A stretch of 64,000 nucleotides of DNA. Source: Cyanophora paradoxa CCMP329 (taxonomy: Eukaryota; Plantae; Glaucophyta). The stretch spans positions 1,116,001-1,180,000 of the forward strand of contig QPMI01000408.1 of assembly GCA_004431415.1 (NCBI GenBank), in the 5' to 3' direction. Below the pieces are notes generated by a model. The model saw nothing but the letters and a program-made list of their open reading frames with translations. It did no database searches and was not told the DNA's origin. The position numbers and the translations under genes are program-made. Position 1 is the stretch's first letter, and every line of letters begins with the position of its first letter. Of the stretch, positions 15,001 through 28,097 are shown piece after piece.

Positions 15001-18000
15001 TCGTGGCCGCTCCAGGCTCCCCGCCTCTTGAGGTCAGCGATTTCGGACTGCCCTTCGCGGAGCCCGCGGGCAGCGGAAGCTTCTCGGGGCTGGCCGTGAA
15101 CGGATCCGATCTTGTGTTCACTTTCACCCCGACCTCGACTGTTGCGGAATCTGTAGTTCGAATCGGCTACGCGGCGAGCATCGATGCTTCGAACACCCTC
15201 GTCCCGTATGACGAGGCGTTCAACTCCACTCTCGAGATGGTCTCCGCTACCGTCTCGTGCGACCGGACGCGTCTCACCGTCGGGAGCAAGATGACATGCA
15301 CGGTGGCGGGCAGCAACACGTCGGCGCTTCTTCGGCCCTCGGACTTCGCATCGCTCAACGTCTCCAGCCCGGAACTAGCAGCCGCTGGATCATTCTCGCC
15401 GCTGGAGGTTGAAGGAGGCGCTGCAGAGGCGGCGAAGCTCACGTTCACCTTCACGCCCTTCGCACTCTCCACAGAGGCCAACCTGACGTTGCTGTTGTTG
15501 GGCTCGCCTATAATGACCCCTATCGCCATCGTCGGTGCGGACCTGACATGCGAGAACCTGCGCCGCCACGTCGGTGCCTGGGCCACCTGCACGCTCGAGA
15601 GGCGCGCGAACAGCTCGAGCCTGGCCTCGACGGACTTCATTTTCCCCGCGAATGGCTTTGGCAGCTACGGCCAGCCCGTGCCGACCGGTGACGGCGACCT
15701 CACGTTTAACTTCACCGCTGCCCTGCCGACCAACGACACCGGAGCGCCGATCCAGCTGCGGTTCAACCCCGCAATCGACGACACCAACGCGACGACCGCG
15801 TCCTTCTCCATCGTCATCATCAACACGACGATGCAGTGCCCTGAGAGGGTCGCAGCGAAGCGCGCCTTCAACTGCTCGGGCGCTGCATCGCCGAACACCG
15901 CGACGCTTGGCGCCTCCGACTTTGCCTGGCCTGCCTTCGAGCAGCTGCATGGGAACTCGAGTGCCTCCGTTGTGCTCGCAGACGGCTTTCTCGCTTGGAC
16001 GACGGACGGGGACACTGTTTCTCTGTTTGTGCAGGTGTCTCTGCCCGTCGACGGGGTCTGTTCGTTCTCCGCTGGAACGACAGCGTCGGCGGCGGCGTCA
16101 TCGCAGCTGTTTCCCTGGACGTAATCGAGGCCTCGGTCCGTTGCGTCGCTGTAGCAGGCCGTCTTCCTGTGGGTGTACCGCTCTCGTGCGCTGTGGTCGC
16201 TGCGCCAGGCTCCCCGCCTCTTGAGGTCAGCGATTTCGGACTGCCCTTTGTGGAGCCCGCGGGCAGCGGAAGCTTCTCGGGGCTGGCTGTGAACGGATCC
16301 GACATAGTATTCACTTTCACCCCGACCTCGGCCGTTGCGTCTCCTGTTGTTCGAATCGGGTACGCGGCAAGCATCGATGCTTCGAACACCCTCGTCCCGT
16401 ATGACGAGGCGTTTAACTCCACTCTCGAGATTGTCTCCGCTACCGTCTCGTGCGACCGGACGCGTCTGACCATTGGGAGCACGATGACATGCACAGTGGC
16501 GGGCAGCAACACGTCGGCGCCTCTGCGTCTCTCGGACTTTGCATCGCTCAACGTTTCCAGCCCGGAACTAGCAGCCGTCGGATCATTCTCGCCGCTGGAG
16601 GTTGAAGGAGGCGCTGCAGAGGCGGCGAAGCTCACGTTCACCTTCACGCCCTTCGCACTCTCCACAGAGGCCAACCTGACGTTGCTGTTGTTGGGCTCGC
16701 CTATAACGACCCTATCGCCATCGTCGGTGCGGACCTGACATGCGAGAACCTGCGCCGCCACGTCGGTGCCTGGGCCACCTGCACGCTCGGGAGGCGCGCG
16801 AACAGCTCGAGCCTGGCCTCGACGGACTTCATTTTCCCCGCGAATGGCTTTGGCAGCTACGGCCAGCCCGTGCCGACCGGCGACGGCGACCTCACGTTCA
16901 ACTTCACCGCTGCCCTGCCGACCAACGACACCGGAGCGCCGATCCAGCTGCGGTTCAACCCCGCAATCGACGACACCAACGCAACGACCGCGTCCTTCTC
17001 CATCGTCATCATCAACACGACGATGCAGTGCCCTGAGAGGGTCGCAGCGAAGCGCGCCTTCAACTGCTCGGGCGCTGCATCGCCGAACACCGCGACGCTT
17101 GGCGCCTCCGACTTTGCCTTGCCCGCCTTCGAGCAGCTGCCTGGGAACTCGAGTGCCGCTGTGGAATCGCCGAACGGCGTCCTGGCTTGGACGACGGACG
17201 GGGTCGAGTCGTCGCTCTTGGTGCAGGCGTCTCTGCCCGTTGACCGGGGTCTGTTTGTTCTCCGCTGGAACGACAGCGTCGGAGGCGGCGTCATCGCAGC
17301 TATTTCCCTGGACGTAATCGAGGCCTCGGTCCGCTGTGCCGCGAGTCGTGGCCCCGCCAATGTTCCGCTCTCGTGCATTGTGGTGGCCGCTCCAGGCTCC
17401 CCGCCTCTTGAGGTCAGCGATTTCGGACTGCCCTTCGCGGAGCCCGCGGGCAGCGGAAGCTTCTCGGGGCTGGCCGTGAACGGATCCGACATTGTGTTCA
17501 CTTTCACCCCGACCTCGACTGTTGCGGAATCTGTAGTTCGAATCGGCTACGCGGCAAGCATCGATGCTTCGAACACCCTCGTCCCGTATGACGAGGCGTT
17601 CAACTCCACTCTCGAGATGGTCTCCGCTACCGTCTCGTGCGACCGGACGCGTCTCACCATCGGGAGCAAGATGACATGCACGGTGGCGGGCAGCAACACG
17701 TCGGCGCTTCTTCGGCCCTCGGATTTTGCTCCAGGGCCGGAAGCCGCGGCCTTCGGGGCATTCTCGCCGCTGGAGGTTGAAGGAGGCGCTGCAGAGGCGG
17801 CGAAGCTCACGTTCACCTTCACGCCCTTCGCACTCTCCACAGACACCAACCTGACGTTGCTGTTGTTGGGCTCGCCTATAACGACCCCTATCGCCATCGT
17901 CGGTGCGGACCTGACATGCGAGAACCTGCGCCGCCACGTCGGTGCCTGGGCCACCTGCACGCTCGAGAGGCGCGCGAACAGCTCGAGCCTGGCCTCGACG

Positions 18001-21000
18001 GACTTCATTTTCCCCGCGAATGGCTTTGGCAGCTACGGCCAGCCCGTGCCGACCGGCGACGGCGACCTCACGTTCAACTTCACCGCTGCCCTGCCGACCA
18101 ACGACACCGGAGCGCCGATCCAGCTGCGGTTCAACCCCGCAATCGACGACACCAACGCAACGACCGCGTCCTTCTCCATCGTCGTCATCAACACGACGAT
18201 GCAGTGCCCTGAGAGGGTCGCAGCGAAGCGCGCCTTCAACTGCTCGGGCGCTGCATCGCCGAACACCGCGACGCTTGGCGCCTCCGACTTTGCCTTGCCC
18301 GCCTTCGAGCAGCTGCCTGGGAACTCGAGTGCCGCTGTGGAATCGCCGAACGGCGTCCTGGCTTGGACGACGGACGGGGTCGAGTCGTCGCTCTTGGTGC
18401 AGGCGTCTCTGCCCGTTGACGGGGGTCTGTTCGTTCTCCGCTGGAACGACAGCGTCGGAGGCGGCGTCATTGCAGCTGTTTCCCTGGACGTAATCGAGGC
18501 CACGGTCCGCTGTGCCGCGAGTCGTGGCCCCGCCAATGTTCCGCTCTCGTGCATTGTGGTGGCCGCTCCAGGCTCCCCGCCTCTTGAGGTCAGCGATTTC
18601 GGACTGCCCTTTGTGGAGCCTGCAGGCAGCGGAAGCTTCTCGGGGCTGGCCGTGAACGGATCCGATCTTGTGTTCACTTTCACCCCGACCTCGACTGTTG
18701 CGGAATCTGTAGTTCGAATCGGCTACGCGGCGAGCATCGATGCTTCGAACACCCTCGTCCCGTATGACGAGGCGTTCAACTCCACTCTCGAGATGGTCTC
18801 CGCTACCGTCTCGTGCGACCGGACGCGTCTCACCGTCGGGAGCAAGATGACATGCACGGTGGCGGGCAGCAACACGTCGGCGCTTCTTCGGCCCTCGGAT
18901 TTTGCTCCAGGGCCGGAAGCCGCGGCCTTCGGGGCATTCGCGCCGCTGGAGGTTGAAGGAGGCGCTGCAGAGGCGGCGAAGCTCACGTTCACCTTCACGC
19001 CCTTCGCACTCTCCACAGAGGCCAACCTGACGTTGCTGTTGTTGGGCTCGCCTATAACGACCCCTATCGCCATCGTCGGTGCGGACCTGACATGCGAGAA
19101 CCTGCGCCGCCACGTCGGCGCCTGGGCCACCTGCACGCTCGAGAGGCGCGCGAACAGCTCGAGCCTGGCCTCGACGGACTTCGTTTTCCCTGCGAATGGC
19201 TTTGGCAGCTACGGCCAGCCCGTGCCGACCGGCGACGGCGACCTCACGTTCAACTTCACCGCTGCCCTGCCGACGAACGACACCGGAGCGCCGATCCAGC
19301 TGCGGTTCAACCCCGCAATCGACGACACCAACGAGACAACCGCGTCCTTCTCCATCGTCATCATCAACACGACGATGCAGTGCCCTGAGAGGGTCGCAGC
19401 GAAGCGCGCCTTCAACTGCTCGGGCGCTGCATCGCCGAACACCGCGACGCTCGGCGCCTCCGACTTTGCCTGGCCCGCCTTTGAGCAGCTGCCTGGGAAC
19501 TCGAGTGCCGCTGTGGAATCGCCAAACGGCGTCCTGGCTTGGACGACGGACGGGGTCGAGTCGTCGCTCTTGGTGCAGGCGTCTCTGCCCGTTGACGGGG
19601 GTCTGTTTGTTCTCCGCTGGAACGACAGCGTCGGAGGCGGCGTCATCGCAGCTATTTCCCTGGACGTTATCGAGGCCTCGGTCCGTTGCGTCGCCGTAGC
19701 AGGCCGTCTTCCTGTGGGTGTACCGCTCTCGTGCGCTGTGGTCGCTGCGCCAGGCTCCCCGCCTCTTGAGGTCAGCGATTTCGGACTGCCCTTTGTGGAG
19801 CCTGCGGGCAGCGGAAGCTTCTCGGGGCTGGCTGTGAACGGATCCGACATTGTGTTCACTTTCACCCCGACCTTGGCTGTCGCGTCTCCTGTTGTTCGAA
19901 TCGGCTACGCGGCGAGCATCGATGCTTCGAACACCCTCGTCCCGTATGACGAGGCGTTCAACTCCACTCTCGAGATGGTCTCCGCTACTGTCTCGTGCGA
20001 CCGGACGCGTCTCACCATCGGGAGCAAGATGACATGCACGGTGGCGGGCAGCAACACGTCGGCGCTTCTTCGGCCCTCGGACTTCGCATCGCTCAACGTT
20101 TCCAGCCTCGAACTAGCAGCCGTCGGATCATTCTCGCCGCTGGAGGTTGAAGGAGGCGCTGCAGAGGCGGCGAAGCTCACGTTCACCTTCACGCCCTTCG
20201 CACTCTCCACAGACACCAACCTGACGTTGCTGTTGTTGGGCTCGCCTATAATGACCCCTATCGCCATCGTCGGTGCGGACCTGACATGCGAGAACCTGCG
20301 CCGCCACGTCGGCGCCTGGGCCACCTGCACGCTCGAGAGGCGCGCGAACAGCTCGAGCCTGGCCTCGACGGACTTCATTTTCCCCGCGAATGGCTTTGGC
20401 AGCTACGGCCAGCCCGTGCCGACCGGCGACGGCGACCTCACGTTCAACTTCACCGCTGCCCTGCCGACGAACGACACCGGAGCGCCGATCCAGCTGCGGT
20501 TCAACCCCGCAATCGACGACATCAACGCGACAACCGCGTCCTTCTCCGTCATCATCATCAACACGACGATGCAGTGCCCTGAGAGGGTCGCCGCAAAGCG
20601 CGCCTTCAACTGCTCGGGCGCTGCATCGCCGAACACCGCGACGCTTGGCGCCTCCGACTTTGCCTTGCCCGCCTTCGAATTCAAGCAGCTGCCTGGGAAC
20701 TCGAGTGCCGCTGTGGAATCGCCGAACGGCGTCCTGGCTTGGACGACGGACGGGGTCGAGTCGTCACTCTTGGTGCAGGCGTCTCTGCCCGTTGACGGGG
20801 GTTTGTTCGTTCTCCGCTGGAACGACAGCGTCGGAGGCGGCGTCATCGCAGCTGTTTCCCTGGACGTTATCGAGGCCTCGGTCCGTTGCGTCGCTGTAGC
20901 AGGCCGTCTTCCTGTGGGTGTACCGCTCTCGTGCGCTGTGGTCGCTGCGCCAGGCTCCCCGCCTCTTGAGGTCAGCGATTTCGGACTGCCCTTTGTGGAG

Positions 21001-24000
21001 CCTGCGGGCAGCGGAAGCTTCTCGGGGCTGGCTGTGAACGGATCCGACATTGTGTTCACTTTCACCCCGACCTCGGCTGTCGCGTCTCCTGTTGTTCGAA
21101 TCGGCTACGCGGCGAGCATCGATGCTTCGAACACCCTCGTCCCGTATGACGAGGCGTTCAACTCCACTCTCGAGATGGTCTCCGCTACTGTCTCGTGCGA
21201 CCGGACGCGTCTCACCATCGGGAGCAAGGTGACATGCACGGTGGCGGGCAGCAACACGTCGGCGCTTCTTCGGCCCTCGGATTTTGCTCCAGGGCCGGAA
21301 GCCGCGGCCTTCGGGGCATTCGCGCCGCTGGAGGTTGAAGGAGGCGCTGCAGAGGCGGCGAAGCTCACGTTCACCTTCACGCCCTTCGCACTCTCCACAG
21401 AGGCCAACCTGACGTTGCTGTTGTTGGGCTCGCCTATAACGACCCCTATCGCCATCGTCGGTGCGGACCTGACATGCGAGAACCTGCGCCGCCACGTCGG
21501 TGCCTGGGCCACCTGCACGCTCGAGAGGCGCGCGAACAGCTCGAGCCTGGCCTCGACGGACTTCATTTTCCCCGCGAATGGCTTTGGCAGCTACGGCCAG
21601 CCCGTGCCGACCGGCGACGGCGACCTCACGTTCAACTTCACCGCTGCCCTGCCGACCAACGACACCGGAGCGCCGATCCAGCTGCGGTTCAACCCCGCAA
21701 TCGACGACACCAACGCAACGACCGCGTCCTTCTCCATCGTCGTCATCAACACGACGATGCAGTGCCCTGAGAGGGTTGCAGCGAAGCGCGCCTTCAACTG
21801 CTCGGGCGCTGCATCGCCGAACACCGCGACGCTTGGCGCCTCCGACTTTGCCTTGCCCGCCTTCGAGCAGCTGCCTGGGAACTCGAGTGCCGCTGTGGAA
21901 TCGCCGAACGGCTTCCTGGCTTGGACGACGGACGGGGTCACATCTTTGCTCTTGGTGCAGGCGTCTCTGCCCGTCGACGGCGGTCTGTTTGTTCTCCGCT
22001 GGAACGACAGCGTCGGAGGCGGCGTCATTGCAGCTGTTTCCCTGGACGTTATCGAGGCCTCGGTTCGCTGCGATGCAAGCCGTGGGCCTGCCAATGTTCC
22101 GCTCTCGTGCGTCGTGGTTGCTGCACCAGGCTCCCCGCCACTTGAGGTCAGCGATTTCGGACTGCCCTTCGCGGAGCCCGCGGGCAGCGGAAGCTTCTCG
22201 GAGCTGGCCGTGAACGGATCCGACATAGTATTCACTTTCACCCCGAACTCGGCTGTCGCGTCTCCTGTTGTTCGAATCGGCTACGCGACGAGCATCGATT
22301 CTTCCCAACAGCCCGTCGCCATGGATGGGGCTTCCAATGTCACTTTCGCGACGCTCTCGGCTACCGTCGCGTGCGACCGGACGCGTCTCACCATCGGGAG
22401 CACGATGAAATGCACAGTGGCTGGCAGCAGCACGTCGGCGCTTCTGCGCCCCTCGGACTTCGAACCGCTTGTCGTTTCCAGCCCGGAACTAGCAGCCGTC
22501 GGATCATTCTCGCCGCTGGAGGTTGAAGGAGGCGCTGCAGAGGCGGCGAAGCTCACGTTCACCTTCACGCCCTTTGCACTCTTTTCCGGAGCCAATTTGA
22601 CTCTTTCGTTCGTCGACCACGGACAAGGGCCACCTTATCGTTCTGTGAACGTTTCCCCTTCCATTTCGGTTGCGTCTATTGCGGCCCGCCTAGAGTGTGC
22701 TTCACGCGATGTTATCCTGGGCACCTCACCTCGCTGCAACCTGCTTCCACTTGCGGGCTCCGCAGATCTTCTCGTAACAGATTTCCAGGCTCCTGCCATT
22801 TCATCACCCGAGGCGTTACATGCGACGTGGGCCCCAGCAACGTCGGGTGGCGGCCTGTCCCTGATCCTCTCGGGCCAAGTGTCTGCGGATGACGTTCAGC
22901 TTTCCATCAGCTACTCCACGGAGGTTGACGACGCAGGGTCTCAAATTGGCAGCGCTCAGCTTCAGGTCGTCGGCACTATGCGCGTTCTCACATCCAATTT
23001 CGAGACCAGCGGTGCGAAACTCTTAGATTCTCTTTCGCGCAGATCGCCCACTTTTCAGCCGCTGAGCCCAATGATGGCGATGTTGCCGCAGGGAACCAAA
23101 TCCGAATTGTCTTTACGCAAGCAGCGGTTGGCTCAGAGGAAACGGTCGCGGCGTCCGAGTACCTGGCAGATGCTGCGCCCCTCGGCGCTGGCGCGACGGC
23201 CTACTGGTCAAGCGCCAACACACTTGTTTTCGAATCGTCGCCCGGCGCGACCCTCCTGCCCGGTGGCGTCGTGCGCCTGCGCCAGCCGATCTGCGCCGAC
23301 GACGGCGGCGGCACCGGGGGCTGCTTCAACGGCTCCTTCACAGTAGCCGGACCGGAAGAGCCTGCCATGCCAGTTATCCGCACCAATGTAAGCAGATCTT
23401 GGGCTCCAATGCAATCACAAGCGTCTATCGTAAAGCTCTGATGTTTCGCTTTCTCGCGCAGTACCCGGAATCAAGCGGGTGGTGTCAGCCCATCAACATC
23501 GTGGTTTCCTCGGTTTCTGGCGCGGGCGGCCGGGACCTTCGCTACCAGTGGACTTGCGTCGACGATGAGACCTGCAAGTCGCTCGCCGCCGTCGGCGTCG
23601 ACTTAAATAGTAGCAACGCGGTCGCTGGGAAGCTTTCTTTGCCGAGCAAAATCAGGCCAGTTGGCAAGACCTACCAACTGTAAGCGCATCCAAACCGCGG
23701 CACAGCTTGTTCTGCGCTGCTAATTTCACTTCTCAGGACCGTCGTCGGCGAGAACTTCCTTGGCGCGCGATCCCCTGTGACCCTCGTCTCCCCGTACAAG
23801 AGTATGCTTGGAGGCACGGTGCGTCACTGAGTAATGGATTTAATTCTTGCACCTTCTTCGAAATGCTGTTCTCTTCCTGAAGCCTTCGCATTCGATGTTT
23901 CGCAGCCCCCGCTGCTGACGGTAGATGCCGGAAGGACTCTGCAGACCAAGTCGTGCGTTATGAATCGCTCACTGATAGCAAAAGCATCTTTCGTTTCGTT

Positions 24001-27000
24001 CTGACGCGCAAACAACTTCCATATGCAGGACCTGGCTTACGACGGTGAAGGTCGTCGCACAGCGAATTGACTGCGAGAATCCTGAAGCGGACCCCGAGTT
24101 CTATTCCCTCGACCTGGACTCCTGGATTTGGATCAGGTCCGACGGAATAACAGTGAAGTGGAGTCTTCCGGCGAGCATTTCAACAACGAACATAGACCTG
24201 ACGACGCCAACGCTCGTGATTCCCAAGGGTGATCCATCTATCTATCGTTCCTTTCGTATCCCTCTTTGAGCTTGCAATTCCAACTCTCCGGCGGCAGGCT
24301 ATCTGCCTCCTGGAGAGACGATCACGGCTACGATGACGGCCGTCGACACCCTGCAGATGAACCTCGAGTCGAGGGTCTCCATCAGCATCAGCGTCATCCC
24401 GGAGCCGCTGACGGCGCACATATCGAGCTACCGCGGGCGCGTCTCGCCCTTCCGTGCCTTCGTCCTCAACGCCTCCCATTCCTCGGACCCCGACTACGGA
24501 AGCGACGCCGCCATTGCGGCTGGGAAGCGGAGCGACCTCAGCTACCAGTGGCTCATCTACTCCGTCTTCAACGCGTCGTTGTTGACCGAGGAAGGGGAAG
24601 CTGTACCGCCCACGCTCTTCTACAAATCGACGGCCTCGGCCTCCCCTATCCACACCTTCGTGCCGTCCGAAGTCGGTGCGCATTTGCAATTCGACTACTG
24701 CGCTTTGCTTTATGATTGCGTCTGACGGGCGTCGACGTCGCCGTCTCAGGACTTGTTCCAGGGAAGGATTACTCGATCAAGCTCGTGGTCACCGCCTCGC
24801 GCTTCGTGAACGACCAGCCGTACGGAAACGCCACGAGCGCCTCGACATCGATCACGCTGGAGCTGGCGGCGGTCGACGTCCCTCTCGTCACGATCCAGTC
24901 AGTGTTCCCGGCGCAGACCATGTACGTCCGCGCCGGTCAGCCGATCCGCATTCGCTGCGGGGCATCGAAACCCGAATCTACCGAAGCGACCAGCGACTGG
25001 GCGTTCGAGTGGTCGCTGCATCATGGTGCCATGGAGATATCGCGGTCGAGAACCGACGGAAATAGCGCAATTGCGAACATTTCCGCTCTCGCGATCAGCA
25101 CCTCCTCGGACACTTCGACACTCGTTCTGGACTCGTCGGCCAGCTACATCGCGCGCAACCGCATCTACAACGTGCGATGCGCCGCCTGGAGCGCTGCGGA
25201 GGGGATTTCGTTCGCCGGCACCCAGGACGTGGCAATCCGCATTATCGGCGGGCCATCAGCAGGCACGTGCAGCGTTCACCCCGAGTCCGGGATCGCCCTC
25301 TCGACGCAATTTGTGTAAGCGACTTGCGCATTGCTTCCCAGCGGTGCCTAGTTAATCTGCCGCTTCAGGGTGACATGCACAGGCGCCTTCAGCTCCTACA
25401 CATCAGATCCTTTGCTCTATCAGTTATGGGTGCGAGGTTTTCGCGCTTATATGCGAGAGAAAATCTCCTGAAGCTCACTTCAATTGCGCGTGCGCGTGCA
25501 GATGAAGACCAGCAACGATAAACTGGTGCTGAGCCAGCCTGCGGCCATTCCAGCCGTCCGCGCGCTGCTTCCCGCCGGAGAAGGCGAGGAGAGCATCGTG
25601 AATTTGATCGTTCGCATCAGCGACACTTTCGGGACGTACACCGGTGCGTCGAACGTCGGGGCCTCCTTCTTCCGTCGGCGCCTTCGCCAAATCTCAACCG
25701 GGCCCCGCAGATGTTCCCCTGAAAGTGAAATCTGCGCTCCCCGAGGGCTTGGGAAGCACGAGCACTCAGGCGGAGCGCGAGGCAGCCGTCAGCAACCTCG
25801 TAGAAATGGCTAAAACCACCTTCGAATCACTTAAAGTCGACGGAGACAAGGAGGCGTCCCTTGCCGCGGTGAGGCCGGCCTTGCAACGGCGCCCGGATCC
25901 GACCATGCTCCTATAGCTAGCCGCTGTGTGTCTCACAGGCTCGTGCGCGTGCCACAGGTTGCAAATGTGGCGATGACGCTGAAATCGATAATGGGAGACG
26001 GTAGCCCGAAGTCCATGAAATCAATCGCCACCCTTCTAGGGCCTATGCTCGACATCATTGGTACACATGAAATCCCATCTGCTGTAATATACTTTTATGC
26101 ATTCTGAATTCTCGGCTGCCAGATGCGTCGGTCGCGTCGTCGAATATCACTTCGGCACAAGCATCCCAAGGCCTCACAGTCGGCGCCAACATCGTCGACG
26201 TCTTTGTGCAGTGCGCACGCATGCGCAGCGCGCACTGCAGCTGCTGACAGAGAAACGAACTATGCTCACTGAGTCGCTCCTCCGTGATCAGGGCGGGCGA
26301 CGAGTCGAACCAGGTGGCCATCGCCAACATTCTGACGAAGCTGCTGGGAGACCTCGACCCTTGCACCGATTTCGACGGCGTGAACGTTAACACGCTTGTC
26401 GTCGGTGCCGGAGGTGAGCGCGCCAGATCTCCATTTGCTTTCTCCAGGCTTTTTGTGCGTTTTATGTATTCTGACCCGGCTGCCCGAAGATTCTCTTGCG
26501 TCTGCGCCGACATTCCTCGGTGGCGCGGCCAATGGCACATCGTCATCCGCGAACGCCACAGCGTCGAGCCCGCTGTTTGGCGCGACGAAGTCACTAATCC
26601 GCCGTTTCGCCTCCGCGTCGGTCACCTGCGCGATCTGCGGGGACAAACCGCAATCCACGGCCGGCAAGAAGGTCTCAGTCACCACCTCCTCCGGTACGCT
26701 TCTGCGGCGCATGCGCAATTGCGATCCCGCTCGTGGATTCTCATTCGCGGTCCGGTGCAGTTTGCACGTCGAGCGCATCGTCAAGCACAATCAGGTCGAA
26801 CTCGGCCGGCGGAAACGACAGTCTGCCGAGCGCCGGCGTCAATCTCCCGTCGGCTGTGCAGGCGCTCGCTGTGGCGTCCGCAAACGGAAAAGGCGGCAGA
26901 GCCAGCGTGGATGTCGCCGTGCTGCAGTTCGCCTTCAACCCGTACACCAACGCCGGAAACGCTTCTGCTGCTGGCAACGTCAACGGCTCCTCCGTCGTGT

Positions 27001-28097
27001 AGTGCGCTGCTCGGTTTATATATAATTCATTGACCAGCTGCATCCTTAAGCTTAGCTCCCTTATTTAAATATTCGCATCGCCCGCAGCAACGTGAAGAGC
27101 ACGGTCGTCGAGGTGGAAGTCGACGGCCTGGTCGTGAAGGATCTGGCCGAGCCGATCCGCTTCGAGATCCCGTTCGGACCCGAGGCCCAGAACGTGACCC
27201 TGCCCATGGCCCTCCTGTACTACGACCAGAAGGCCATGCTGTGGAAGTCCTGGTGCGAACGCCGGCGCCGCGATCGAGGTGCTCGCGTCTCCCCGCGCAT
27301 GGCTGACCCCCCTTGTCAGCGGGAACATTACGGAGTTGGTCGAGAAGCCCAGCAGCAGCGGCGACGGCAAGAGTGCTATTTACGGCGTGGGGTACTGCGA
27401 CCACCTGACGCCCGTGCGCTCCGGGCCACGCCCAACCACTCGGTCCCATGCATCCCATTCACAGCTGACCTTCTCGCTGCAGTTCGGAGTCGGGCCTGGC
27501 GGTTCAGTTATTCAGTTGGACTCGACCGGGCCGTCCGGATCCGCGCCCGGATCCGGCGGAGCGGGCGCCGGCGGCCCCGCTGCTCCGCCGGCTTCAAGCT
27601 CGAGCTCGAGCGCGGCGTCCGGCACGATGCAGCCGTACCAGGGCGACGCGCCGGTGGCCGCGGCCGGCGTCAGCGCGGCGGCCGCCGTCGCCATACCCGT
27701 CGTCCTCGGGATCGCCGTCGTCGTCGCCGTCGCCGCCGCAGTGCTCTTCGTCGTGCTCCGGCGCCGGCGCAACGTCCGCAAGGCCCTCCAGCTGCCCTAC
27801 GCCAGGCGGGACCCGACGTCGGGGTCGTTCAGACGTCAGAGCGTTCCTCACCAAACGATCCGTCCCGGCACTCCCGTGGCGTCTCCGCGCGCGCCTACGG
27901 AGGCCTCGATCACGAAGTACGGCGTCGGCGGACCGCTGCAGCTAGGACCGCGAACGACGGTCATGCTGAATCCCGACCCGCTTCCTTCGAATTCGAATTC
28001 AGCGGACGCGGGCGATACCAATCGCGGCTCCTCGGCGCGCAATTCCTCTCTGCCTAGATCGGACATCGACGTAAACACTGTGACAATCGCGATATAG
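1..28097 (+). CDS. Giant polycystin-1/adhesion-receptor-like single-pass membrane protein (Cys-paired Ig-like repeats + REJ-like region + GPS/GAIN + TM); 5'-partial, multi-exon
   Basis: Short introns flank a ~20.8-kb exon (2178-23011) that is open apart from two 1-nt indels near 16052 and 16710. Downstream spliced exons give REJ-type sequence (LGAGATAYWSSANTLVF..LLPGG..; SGAGGRDLRYQWTC; LNASHSSDPD; GGPSAGTCSVHPESGIALSTQF). A GPS motif is spliced as LWKSC...GYCDHLTP|FGV. The TM segment IPVVLGIAVVVAVAAAVLFVVL is followed by RRRR, and the stop is at 28095-28097. Confidence 0.85.
3409..22600 (+). repeat. Coding tandem array of 16 units of ~1.18-1.24 kb (~392-413 aa each)
   Basis: The unit start (gacctgacatgcgagaacctgcgccgccac, DLTCENLRRH, with minor variants) recurs near 3411, 4644, 5838, 7077, 8310, 9504, 10737, 11925, 13119, 14352, 15540, 16733, 17908, 19084, 20278 and 21466. 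Confidence 0.97.

Noticed and set aside
15868-19113. 1081-aa minus-strand ORF and the other recurring antisense ORFs in the array
   Set aside because: These are shadow frames of the GC-rich repeated sense CDS. The long ORF changes character exactly at the 16710 indel.
3409-22600. Array as CRISPR, satellite or transposon cluster
   Set aside because: The units are ~1.2 kb, in-frame coding, and have no spacers, terminal repeats or transposase motifs.
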